Positions 49,438 to 62,204 of a DNA stretch of 64,000 nucleotides are shown in pieces; position 1 is the first letter of the stretch; the number at the start of each line of letters is the position of its first letter. The translations under genes were made by a program, and so were the position numbers. The stretch is taken from contig BDGG01000006.1 in NCBI GenBank assembly GCA_001949185.1, positions 1,346,827 to 1,410,826 of the forward strand. Reading direction: 5' to 3'. The stretch comes from Ramazzottius varieornatus. Taxonomy: Eukaryota > Animalia > Tardigrada. The notes under the pieces were generated by a model. That model was not told the DNA's origin and made no database searches. It saw nothing but the letters and a program-made list of their open reading frames with translations.

Positions 49438-51413
49438 TCTGTATGTATTATATTGTGACTATAGTCTCTGGATAAAACTCTGCACACGCCTCTGAACTCA
49501 TCGTAGTCCATTTAAAGCTGGAGAGTTTGGGTCTCCTCGGCGGCAACAATTTAAAGTATTTCAGATGCAACGCACATTTGCACAAGCACATGTTTCTGCA
49601 CTAACCGAAGTAAAAACCCAACTCGCTGCACATTACGCATATGACGTGTCAATAGGAAAAGATCTCATGGCGGCAGAAAAGTCCATTCATGAGGCAAGCG
49701 GACAGCAAAGGACTCAACCAGGGCAAGACCGGGAATTAGGCACAAATCTGTTCTCGTAACGCATACTTTTACGGTTTATGCAAGAAACTCAGCACTAAGG
49801 TATGTCAAAACAGTTTCCTGCTGTGAGAGAGCGACGATCACTCGGCTCATTGTCGTCATGATCAATGGCGGAAGCCGCCATAACAGATTTCCCGCTGAGA
49901 AGCGTTTTCCAAATAGTTTCAAATTTGACTGGCGTAACTACGTGTGCGGTTCTTCGATCGAAAATATTTTAAACCGACAGAGACTGTACTTGACAATGCC
50001 GATTATTTCGACATTTTTGTTCGGTGGTCGAGAGGATGCTTCAAGTATGATCCTTATGATGAATGCTAATCTCGTAAGGTGTTAATCCGTGCAAATATAA
50101 TCCGGGTGGTCTATTCAATGTTCATTGACTCATATCTCTGTACGATGTTGAACGCAAGAATAATTTCTTCGTCTTTTGTCCACTCTATGCAAGAGACATG
50201 AAAAGGCATGAAAAGCGGATATACAAAGCGGATGAGCAAACCTATTTGATCGCTTGAGCTGGGCAGAGTCGTAACAAACAGTATAGTGCGGTACAGTTGA
50301 GCAAAGCATTGTACATTGTACATTGTACATTATATTATTTTTTGACTGATGTAATCAAGTAATTAAGGCGCAGGTATTCGGCTGTGGTGGGCTGTGCGAG
50401 CAATATCGTTATCTTTGATTGGTTTCGCATTTTACTCCAAAAATTTTGTACAGATTTCGAGCGAGTGGACTGTATATCTCACATGAGTTTCCACATAGTG
50501 TTGATACCACATTAACATGTCATTAATAAGAGCTGTTCGGCACGAAAAAATCCACCGAATGTGGAGATATCCACCGAGTCCTTACACTGAAAAATAACGT
50601 CAGGACCGGGTGGATAACTCCGTGCCGAGCACCTCGTACCTGCGCGGGATTGCTTTTTCGGGATGCCCTTCCGTTGGTGGTCGTCAAAGCGGCACGCTTT
50701 ATGGTATGCGGCTCGCACGGTATCATTCACACTTTATTGTGTTCCATCACACTGAACCTTCCCATAAGGTCCGTCAAGAAGCCTAATCCCCATTGTTCCG
50801 TAATCTGTTCGTTATCATATGGTTCAGGGCGTAGCGCCCATGATGAACATTCTAATCGGTAAGGCGGTATCGTCCACCATTGACGGACGGAACAATTGCA
50901 AAGGTGCATCCGCGTACACAAAAGGGTGATGTGCGATATGCTAATAAGCGCCGCCTTTCACTGTTCCGGTTCAGAGGGCGCCAGCGGATATAATTGGCTG
51001 ATTTCCATAAGGGCATGCAAATGGAAGCCGGAAGGTACTCCGTGTCGCCTAAATGGAGTTTAGCAGCTGGGCCGAGCCTTCGTCAACGGCAATTACCAGA
51101 TTAATGGATGTTAAACAGATGCTTTTAATGAACTTTAGCGGGCTAGACTACGAGCAGACGGGACAGGTAGACGCGTAATTACCGGTGTGACACTGTCGCA
51201 TTTTTCGCAGCTTATCTCCAAGAATCACAGCCAACTGCTCGAATTTCAAGTCACTTCCGAAGAAAACTTTAACTTGTAAATGTCTGTTCCACGGTTCTGA
51301 ACGCACGGTAAACTTTTTTAAGTATTATCCCCAGTTGACCGAAATAGAGCAGCATAAGGGCACAAAGAAACTATATCAAAAAGGTACTCAAACGATCTTC
51401 GGTACAGTCCTGA

Positions 51414-53181
51414 TTAATACGGTCGATAAAACTGGTTGAATGGTAGCGGACGGTCAACAGGGTGGAATACTGAAATGTGAGGTCGGTGAAAGCTGTGCGT
51501 CTCCTGAAGTGGAAAATTGGAAAAAGGAAACATCTGACGAAGAGCGGGGAATAGGTCTGCGGCCTCGTATTGCATGGAATTTTGCCGCTTCCATTTTGTT
51601 CTGTCAACGAAGAAGGCGTTCAGTAAAATACAGTGCTTCACATTGAGAGCTGATGTTGGAGTTAGCTTCAACAGATTCAACATGTACTAGCTATAAAATA
51701 TTTGTCGGGACTTCGGTACCTTCTGTTTTGGAACCAGCATTTGACTTGCGCATCGGCTAACTGCAGTTTGGCTGCTAGTTCCATCCGTTCCTGTACAGAC
51801 AGATATTTTTGCCTCTCGAAACTCTTTTCCAAGGACTGAAGTTGGCTGTCGCTGAAGGCGGTCCGCGGCTTTCGCTGCTTTTTGTTTTGCGCATCGTTGG
51901 ATGGGGATCGGTCGTCGGTCCCATCGTCGCTGTCCGGCGTCTGATGCATTTTACGATCGAAATTATCCGTATCTTTCTCCCATTTTGCAACTGCAAATCG
52001 TACAATAATTATACACCTAGAGTAAGGTTGGACGGAGTATAATTTTACTTTCATGTGACAGCTTTAATTAAAAGGAAGAACAAGAGTCGCGCTTGTGCCG
52101 TATTCAACACCGGCACTTATCGTGCGTAACTTGTTGCGCACTGAGAACTGCATGTGCAGGTAAAATGTTATGGTGATCACCGGCCGGTTTACGGACGGGA
52201 AAATGTTGGCTTTCAAATTGATATAAAAGAGATTTATCGTAAAGATATATCGACGGCATCCGCCGTTTAAGCGACGGGAAATGAACATCAAATGGTCTAA
52301 ACCCTGAAGGTAAAATGTCAAATGCTATAATTACAGTAATTACAGAGTGCGGCGGCCAATTTCAGCCTATGTCGCGTTCACATCAACGATCAAACTGAAC
52401 AGATTATAATTAAAGACTGCTGCTTGTCACTTATTGTCTTCCCCAGATCGTTCCCATTCTTAGCCGGCCCTCAAAGAAACAAACAAGTTTTGAATTTCTT
52501 GCAGCCCTACCAAAGCCACCGGTAGTTGTTTACGTGTTCTTTCCGCTGGCCGATCGAAAGTGTAAAAATTTCCGAGTTGAGACCGAAACAACCATAGTCA
52601 ACTAAGTTATTTCTGAAGCATTGCACGCCTCCAGTTGATAATACCGACAACGTGAGCCACATGGGCAACGATACCGGACAGGATCGGTTTTCGAAGTAGC
52701 GCACGCTCTTAGCCAGTAACACTACAATAGTGCGCCACCTGTGCTACGGACCTGCTGACTTCGTTCACCGAGATCATAGTTGTTTTCCCGGAAAAACGTC
52801 TCTCGAAAGGGTCTAGGAAAATCCACTCAACGTTCAGGTAATTCACTAGTCAGCTCTCTTCTTAGCCACCCAAAAATACACCCCCCTATTGAGACGCATC
52901 ATCATACCACTGCCTCTAAAAGGTGTAGATGAGGGTGAATACCAACCTTCCCGCTGTTTCGGTGTTTCGTGATGTGGTTGCCGACTGGTGACTGTGATCA
53001 GCGGGGTAACCACTTGCTGACACGAGGAAGCTGACCGCTTTGCGGTTGGTCTGGATGCCGTGTATAATATATGTTGTGGCGCAGGAAGGTTGGCCACACT
53101 CTTCTCGTTGTCTTCGCTCTGAGCAAAAACGATCTCTGGAGCCGCAGTCGCCAAGATATCGTCGATCCTAAATCTTGCCAT
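51414..53181 (-). CDS. BarH-like homeobox protein, copy B (inverted, convergent with A); 3 exons
   Basis: Exons 53181-52947, 51990-51720 and 51600-51414. Same eh1 motif and an identical homeodomain; exons 1 and 3 are diverged from copy A. Confidence 0.88.
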
Positions 53182-53396
53182 TTGCGGCTTCCGTGGATGG
53201 AGAATGTCACTCCGGTGTCAGATTGAGAAAACTGGAAATTTTTCAACAACCGCTAACTGTAAAATTAGGTAGCTGTAAAATGAGCTTGGATGCAAGGAAA
53301 CTTGTGATTAGCTGGGTACTGGCGCGACCACAGAAACAGCGAAGCGGGGAGGTAACGGCAACAAAATACGAGTAAACGCTCGAAGTGGTTTGTGGA

Positions 53397-53907
53397 AGCA
53401 AAGCGTACAGTAGCGAGCGCGAGTTGAAGAGGGTGGTTACGGACGGTTTGTGTCATAAAAGCGGCCAATGGTGTCTTTCATTGTAGCATCGGTTGGGCCA
53501 CTTTACCCACTAAGCGAACGCTTTGCCCAATTGCAAGCCATTCTATGCCATATTTACCGGTACATATGCCTGCATGAGCGACGCGGTAATCACGGCATAA
53601 TTGCAGTGAGCATTCGTTTCGTTCCAACTGTCAATCAAGATCACGGTTATCTTTTGAGAGAACGACAGTTGACCTCGTTGTTGACGTCGTTAATGTCAGT
53701 CTTTTGCGTGCCTTTGTTATCCTGCGGCCGTTGTTGGCGAAATGTCTTTCAGTTTGCGTCGACGTGGAACCGAGCAAGACTTGTTCGACCAGTTGAGCTG
53801 ACAATAAGTTTCCACCATCGCCGATCAAGCGCCATTCGCTTGACAAACGACTCGATTTGTAGCAAGCGACGAACTCGACACTGTTATTTGGCAATGTTGT
53901 GCGACGA
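53397..53907 (-). repeat. Second arm of the 511-bp inverted repeat, upstream of homeobox copy B
   Basis: Reverse complement of 47078-47588. Confidence 0.85.
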
Positions 53908-55672
53908 TGTTACGACTTTTGAGTGCGGAGAACCCAGGAACTAGTTTTACGCTTCAGGCCTGGCTCAGCTCAGGGCTCTTTTAGATCTTGCAAGAAGGAT
54001 CTCAGAAGCTCGTCTTGTCGAGTTACAGTAGGTTCGTGGCGAATTTGTGTGTAAATGGAAAATGTGCGGAACAGTCCCTAAACGGCGCTCACAGTGCACA
54101 GTGCATCCTGCGGAAACACACCCACGCTCAATTTCCGGAAGTCTAAAATTCGATTAGAGCGATCAGTGTATAAGAAGATTAGGTCCCTTGTGATGCGTCA
54201 AGGTGGTCTATTGAAAGATTATTGACATAGATGATTAGATTATGGCCAACAATATTGTTGAGATGTATTGTGCTCATCAAGCAGTGAAGAGAATATTCGA
54301 TGAGCTAAAGCTGTTGATCAGATGCGTCGGTCATGTTTGACCACTCCAAAAGATGATAATCGCTCCATACACTTCGCTTCCGATCACATATTTCTCTCCA
54401 CATTTCCATTGCTGCTGCGTTTGACCGTTTCCACTATATAACCGTGCCTTGTACAGGATCTGTTCTCACTTGTCGAGCGAGGCACGCTGTCAGGATACTT
54501 CCTGGTGTACACGTATACACCAGATTATTCCAAGGTGTGGGGGGAGGCTTTGGTGGTGTGAAGTCCCTGACTAAAAATGTAGACGCATAGAATTCGCTGA
54601 ACAACAGTCATGGGTTTCTTTCAAATTGTACAACATACAACTGCGACCTGCCCAAAAATTTTATTCTGCCACACAAGAAGGTTGTCTAGCTTCAAAGTAT
54701 TTAAAAAGTGACACTCGGCAGGGAATCTGTTACGGCGGCTTACACCACTGATCAGCACAACAATGAGACAAGTATATGTCGTCCTTCCCAGCATGGCGCA
54801 CCCTTTCACATGCCGAAGTGTTGAGCGCAAAGGCAACCGCGGCATTTCCACAACTTCTCTACCCAGTACCTATATACATACGTGCAATACACAGAGACCC
54901 AAGCAGGAGATTTTCTGACGATGAGCCGAGTTGAAAACCGGAAAGGTTTTCAACTGGAGTGAACGGCGAATGCATGCCGGTGAACGGCGAATGCAATTAA
55001 ATTCCGGATCACGTGGGTGTAGGTATGTACTGTTAGATGACAACCATTTTATCTAGGCCGGATTTCATCTGCGACTTGAATCAGGTCGCAGATGAGATTC
55101 CTGCACTGTCCTCATTCCCGACTCTTGGTTTGTGTTATAGTTTGGCTTTGTGAAAATATATAAATTCGTGCACATGCACCTTCGATCCGAGTAAACTTTA
55201 TGCTTCTGCGTCCTCTGGTAACTACCAATTATTTCGATGTACACTTGAGATCAGCAGTTATTCGCCGGATGGAAATGACAGCTATGATTAAGGAGTTGAA
55301 CAAGAGTCGCGTTTCGAGTAAATCAACCGTCGCCTCGGGTCTTCGCATGTTTTCGCATGGACATTTCAACCCGGCATATCCGGTCTGACCGGAAGAAAGC
55401 CGCAACTGAGGGTGGAAATTTCTCGGTTCAAATACCCCTGTACCTTATGATTTGTGAAGTCGAGATTTAAAATAGAAAAATACAAATACATAGTTCTGAG
55501 CCTTTACCGATATGCATATAATTCAGTCACGCGTACTCGAGTGACAATTCGTTTCAGAGTAGGGTACTGTACGCCATCCTGCTTTTTAGAAAAAAGTTGA
55601 GCGTTAGTAAACCTCTGACACGTCTAAATGGAACCATGTTCTCCCAGAGTCAGATTCGAAGCTCTGGCATGG

Positions 55673-56526
55673 TTAAGAAGATTTTAGTACGGAGGACATG
55701 GTGTGAATACCGTCAAAAGTATCATACAAGTATGCAGCGTTACTTATGACGTTCATGGTTTTCTCTATACGCCACGACGATAACACACACGGCTGCGATG
55801 CCACAGTAATGGTGCAGGTGGTAGCGATAACCAGTGTCGTAGATCCTACAGACAATAAACAGAAGTCGAACAGCTTTTGTGGTCATTAGCGCTACGTTTT
55901 ACTTTGACCACCTTCCTTTTGGCATGCTAGCTGGTTCTTTTCCATCGTACCCGCAGCGTGGTCAATTGCGAACCGGCCAGAAATCGTTGGGCCATTGAAG
56001 CCCTTTCAACGTTTCTAGCTGATTTGTAACTGGGTTGCGAACCATCACGTACTGAAAATCGTGAACAAAAATCGACGTAGTGATGGTCGTAGGTACGCAT
56101 CGATGCAAAGCATCGTGGACAACGTTACCTGGTGAACTCCTTCGTGTTCGAATGCAACGATGATGTACGGCATCTGTAGTTCGGCGCCAATATCGATGAA
56201 CATACAGCCGATTTGAGTCTGGAATGTCCGGCTGAAAAACTTTCGAACTAACACCATTGCGTCCGCCAGGAGTTCTGGCTAGTCGCGCAGCACAATTCCG
56301 TCAAGAGCCTCAGCCAGGGCCCTGAAGGCGGTACAAGCAAACGTTTGAAATAGGCGTTTGGTGCACGCGCCATCTGTAGAAAGTGCACGCTCCTGGTTAC
56401 TGTAGTGCAGCGTATCAGACCGTTACAGTCACGTTGATACCTTTCAGTCAAGAATTCCTTTCTGCGTACCGAAGGATGTTTCCACCGATTCCTTACATTT
56501 TTCACCTTGAGCAAACTCTCTGACAT
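55673..56526 (-). pseudogene. Decayed 3' half of a tandem paralog of the 57257-59601 receptor
   Basis: Fragments QMARAPNAY, KFFSRTFQTQIGCMFIDIGAELQMPYIIVAFEHEGVHQ and VRNPVTNQLETLKGLQWPNDFWPVRN*PRCGYDG mirror the neighbouring gene but contain frameshifts, a stop and a degenerate TM. Confidence 0.75.
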
Positions 56527-57256
56527 CGTTTGGGCAGAGCAAAAGCCAAAAGTTCATTCTGGGTAGAAACGTAGATCAAAAAATCACACGAGCGTTTTCG
56601 TGTCCGGCCTAAGAACATGCGCAACAGTCGATCGAGGTACCACCTCTCTTTTCAGTCTGTAACGTAACAGCTTCCGGTCCGTATGATATATGGGTGGCGT
56701 GAAGGTACACCCACATTCCCAAGCAAACCTTGAACTCCCAAAGACGTTCAAGCATTTTTATGAAAATTGGGCCGCCAATACTCAAATATCCGGCTGTACG
56801 AGGAGCGAGGTCTTACATCGCACAGCGTAAACATTTGTTCACCTACGTCATGGCTAGGTCACAAGGCCTAGGAAGCTTGCGCATTGTTCTTGACGTATGG
56901 TAAGCAAAATGTTTGAAGTTGAAGGTTTCCAAAAGTTGAAAGTCATATTTCCGCACCTGATATATAGCTCAAACTGTGCGCCAGACTCACCCCTATCTCC
57001 CTGTGAACTCGATTTAACCATCTAGGATTTAATGGTTGGCGTAAGCCCCTTGTGAGTATCGAGCCAAGCGAACCACGGCGAGAGCTGCACGCAGACAGAA
57101 GGCATCAGGGCTAGACGCCCTAGATAACCGGTAAAGGTGTGAACAGGTGCACAAGAGGTGGTACCGTGTCTACAGAACGTGATATTCCAAGAGTTCGGTT
57201 TCTAGCGGCCCGAAAGTTTCCAAGATGTGCTTAAGTACAATTATAAAAGCAACTAA

Positions 57257-59601
57257 TTACTCGAGCACCAGACGCGTTTGGGAGAGCGAAACCCCGCGAT
57301 CGTTGTCGTAAAGATCAACGTCGTCAAGCTGCCACCAGTTGCTTCCGGCTTTCTGCAGGCTCCTAAAAAAATTAGCAAAGATGCCCCAGGACATATGGTA
57401 TCATGAACAGGGTTCGGCAGAACGCAGAATAGACAGACTGCTCGTCGTACCGTTGCCTGAGTGTCCTGAAAACCAGAAGGAAAGTGCACACGGCTAATAT
57501 GCTGACGGTGCAGGCGATGCCAACTACAGTTCTTGATGATCCTGTAAATACTGTACAGTACTCCGCAATACTGCAATAACCTATATAGTTTACACGTAAT
57601 ATGGTTGATCCCACCTTCAACTCCACATATTCGGTTTCTTCCATCATACCCACACCTAGGGCGGTTGGCAGGTGGCCAGACACTGTTCGGCCATTGCGGC
57701 TCTGTGAGGATTTCTAGCCGGCCAGTTACTGGGTTACGAACCATGACGGACTGAAAAGCAGGATGCTGACTCTTTCTTTTTCAAATCAGACAGTATGCGG
57801 TCCTTTCTGGCGTACTGAAGCAGCGGCTAATTATTCCCGCAAAGGGTTTCGTACCTGGTATGTTCCTTCTCGGTCGAAAGCGCTGACGATGTATGGGATT
57901 TGGAGTTCGCCGCTAGAGCTCATGCGCATATCGCCGATTTCAGTCTGGAATGTCCGGTTGAAGAACTTTTTCGCAAGGCCAGGTCCATCGCTCAAAAGTT
58001 CGGTTTGGTTTGTGAGCACAACTTCGTGTAGAACTTCGGCGAGGATCATAAAGGACGTGTAAGCATTCGCCGCTCGCGCCATCTGCGGAGCACAGTAACC
58101 ATCATAAGGAAGACTTGGGCATTGGATGGTTCTTACCGCATCGTCCTTGGCGTAAGAGTAATTATATCTGTCCTTTGCTGTCCGTCGGCACCTTTGCCCG
58201 ACGTCGTACCCTTTTGATTTCGGGTCTTGAAACTGGCCGTTATCCATTCCAAGGGCTAGTATGACGCGGTAAGCTTGTCTTGCCTCTTCGTCAAATTCGT
58301 CGAAGAATTGCCAGGTGAAGTTTCCGCTGGTGGGTGAACGGAAAGGCCAAAACGTGACAAACACCTGGAAGCAAACCGTATTCATCGAAGCGCGGGACGA
58401 GCTCTGTCGTCTACATAATGTCAAACCGGATCGTATGATAAAAACCCTCCAGCGAAGGTCGGTGCTTACATATTCGCCGTTGGTCAAATTCAAACTTCTG
58501 GCAGCCAGCTGTAGCAAGATCGGATATCAAGTTTTGAACGATATTTCGAGAAACCTGGACGTACCATGAAAGATCGGAAAGGCGTCGAGTGACCGGAGTA
58601 AAGAATGACTATCAAGAAAAAAGTCTGGCTTTAGTTTAATGGAATTGTAAATTTTTGAGTTTACCTCTTGAGTGGGTCGTCGTCTTATGCAAGAAGTCCA
58701 TATACCCGCCGGCAGTCACGTTGACTTCACTTAAGGTTACTCGAAAGTTCGTTCTCAAAGTAAGACGACTGTAAAGGTTTCCAGCCAAAAAGCAGTAGGT
58801 ACTGGGTGATGAAGTATCACAGATGATAGACAACGAGGTCCAGTTGTACGTGACCAGCAAGCTTAGGTGAGTCTGAGCTAAGATATCCAGGGAGTCCGAG
58901 CTCACGCTGATCCATGTAGGCCATTTTGTCTTGTCGCTTGATGAAGCGAACGCAAAAATACTGCAATGAAATATAAATGACGCACTCGCTCGTGGGACCA
59001 GTACTGCACGTCCGACTTTGATGCAGTTTCGGCTGCCATCCTACGTTTTTGCAGGTCGAGAAAAAAAATAGAACTTCACCTGGACAATACAAGTCTTCGC
59101 AGCTGAGTGGCAAAATAGACAAGAGACTTTGCGTTGCAGTCTGAAAATTAGAACCGTTTGAATTTACGCACGGTATTTCGTTCCACATCTACTGTAAATA
59201 ATCGACTTTCGCTTGGGAGTTGTGGTACGCATGGGTCCTTCGGATAAATGCGCAGGAACTACTAACTTCTGAGTTCAAAAACGAATCTTACCGGAATGAG
59301 ACCCAGCAAAGACCAGGATATCCGCAGAGTTCCATCTTGTTTCATGGCGGAAGTAGTATTCGGCAATGGCGCGATCGGTATCGGTGGACCATTCGTTGCA
59401 CGTCGCGTATCGCGGATCGGTCAGGAGGTTGTTGGTGACCGTTAACGTCGCACTGTACGTTTTCTTGATGTCGTCCAGTGCTGTGTCATACGCAGGTCCC
59501 GTCAACGGCAAAGCTCCCATGCTGTTAGGATAGAACAGAAGCATGGTAATAACTTCTACTCGAACGGGCCTCGTCCACGTAAGAGTGCTATTCTCCATCA
59601 T
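57257..59601 (-). CDS. ANF-receptor/rGC-type ectodomain single-pass receptor lacking kinase and cyclase (copy 3); 5' exon possibly missing
   Basis: Spliced motifs GPAYDTAL, KWPTWIS, YNWTSLSIICD, NLTNGEY, FFNRTFQT and WPNSVWPPANRPRCGYDG, TM VVGIACTVSILAVCTFLLVF, and tail RSLQKAGSNWWQLDDVDLYDN…LVLE*. No clear signal peptide; an acceptor-like site near 59611 suggests an upstream exon. Confidence 0.75.
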
Positions 59602-62204
59602 TTTTGCAAACTGGGGAGGGAGCTTGTTTTGCTGGTCAAGTTGTGGAAAGATGTTAACAGGCCTTCTCCTTGCCTTTCCGGGGTTATTCACATCGGCGGG
59701 AAACGCTGCTAATAGTACAGCAGTTCTCTCGTGCCTCACGTGCGTCGCCGGCAGGGCATTGGAACCAGGTTGATATATCACGTACAGCCTGTGTCAGTGA
59801 AATTGATCCCGTTACTTGAAAAGTCCTGTGCTTCCACCAAACGAGAATTTACTCCTTCTACTTAATATTATCGGATTCCTCAATCGTTTTTATATACGTT
59901 GTATACGGTGGGTCAATGGAAACCTCGGGCTCCACGAGTCACAGTCAAAATTAAAATGGACTAGGGACGACGAAAATCCTACCTCTACCCTGCTGCACCA
60001 CCACACTGGTCGTCGGAGAAAACTCAGAGCTTAGTTGTGCGAACCTTTTTGTACGTATCAATGGTAGTAATCGAGAGCTGCATGAATTCTTCATCCAGTG
60101 CTACATGACTTCTGAACTTTCAGATAGTCTTCTGGGGATCCCAGTCACTTGAACAGAAGTCGTCTAGTATGTCTCGAGAAAAGCTTTTCAACGAGGTTTC
60201 CAGACACCGAAAACTTTCAGCGCATGTAATAAATTTCCAAAGAAGGGCAGAACACTTCATTATCGATATTTGAAAGACATATTTCAAAAGCTGATGTTGA
60301 GAAAAACAGATTTTCCATCTCTGGGTTGTACCCCGTGTAGCCTGGTCCGTGACGTTTGCTCATGTCCCCGAGACAACTTCTGGAGACACGGAAATAAATC
60401 TGATCATCGTTAAGAGCTAAAATCGTTAAACGAGCAGTTGTCTACCATCAACAGACGTGGCACTGAGTTTGGTGGGGTCCGACAGCAGATTTCGGATTTT
60501 CCGTACTCTGCTAAATACAATGAAAAAGACGGAAAATCGTCATTTGATGAGAGTCACAAGACCTCGAAGTGCCGAATATTTGAGGTTTCACGCATGGCTA
60601 TGTCAAACCAAAATCTTCGTCACACAGTAAACACTTAAACGACCACGCAATTCCGAGCTCTGGGAGTACAAGGGGGGTAGATCACCTTCCGTAGTTTTCA
60701 ACTGGCTGAAATCATGGGGAGGGGTCAGATCGGGCCAATCACCACATGCACGCTTCGCATTTTTCGAGTAAAATGCGCCACTAAGTGGACCAAAGTGCCA
60801 GACCTTTTTATTTTTGCTCTGACCACTGGTCACACAGCATGGAACATACTGGAGCGTCTAAGACGGTACCAATGTACTAGCTCTGTGTCCAATTTTTAAG
60901 GAGGCTTTTCGTCAGCCAGCTCTTAAGTAAAAAATTGGTCTGTCAACTCAAGACACAATCTGGTCAAAAACGAAATAGTCTCTCGAAATTTTCAGAAAGC
61001 TGCTAGCCAGTTCACGTCTTTTTTAACTGGAAGCGACAAAGTTTCCGAAAGCAAACGTGAAAATTTGAGACGAAAAGGTTCGACAGTAACCATTCCGCAA
61101 GGCTTTTGGGGTGCGCCGGGTAACCGGGGTACCCCGTTGGTCTTTTAAGTGTTGAGCAACTTTCGATCGAGATTCGATGCTTTCGATTTACTAGACTGCT
61201 CTCCATAACATGTGGGTTCAGATTTTTCTGACCAAGTCCCCTGATCACTGGGTGGCTCAAGAGCAGAACGAGATACTAACGATACCAACTGCTCCAACGA
61301 GCTTGACCAAGAAGGGCGCCTCGATAGAACGCGCGATCCTCCTGGCTTGCTAACACATTCGGAAATCTTCACCACGACCCACTCAATCGTTCACTTTAAC
61401 GATGCTGCCTCAGCGTGGGCCGTCTGCCTGTTACCGGGCCAAGCCTACTTCACACAGTTGTAAGCTTATCAATATATTGATGTACGAACACCGGGACACG
61501 TAGCGTTACCTGTCATTTCAACCCTTTATGCGTTGAGTCTGTCGATCGATCCTATTCCTCTAGCCTATCAGGTCGCTGCGTCATGCCCTGGTGGCTCTTC
61601 CCAAAGAAAATAACTTTAACCCTTGTAAGGACACCAAATTATTTACAATACTGCATGGCTATGGAGATTCAAACTGTTCGCGGGTCGACGAGACACAATA
61701 GTGCCAAGGAGCGCTGCGAAAGGAACCTGAAATTAAACGGACAAGAGTTTCAGCACCACTCATACATGTACCCGTGCCGAAATGGTCTACCAAACTCTCC
61801 AGCATAATTCTAGAGAACAACGCACCGCAAGATCCTTTGTGAAAGTGCAATGCAAGATTAAGAGAAGACACAATATTGGATTTTTTTGCCCAGGAAATGT
61901 TTCCTTTTCATTCGGTTAAAATAGTGCAGTCTACAGTTCACGAATGCGTTGCAATGTACATTCCTGGAGAACAAACTTCTCTCCGGAGGTTCAATAGGAT
62001 CTAACTGTGTGCCACTTCTATTAGAGAAAGGCAATTGAGTATCTGAAAAGCGTCCAACTTTAACTGTGCTCATGCTGGGCGTCATCAGCATCTCACATTG
62101 CAAAATCTTTCTGAATATCACATGCCACATGCCGGCCCAAAGGACCAACTTTGGGCTTTTGTAGCCGCAACATGACTGTCATTATCCCCCTGCCATGAGC
62201 AAAA

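Noticed and set aside
61659-61690. QFESP peptide resembling the start of an SLC26 STAS motif
   Set aside because: It is immediately followed by a stop and has no flanking similarity; likely chance.
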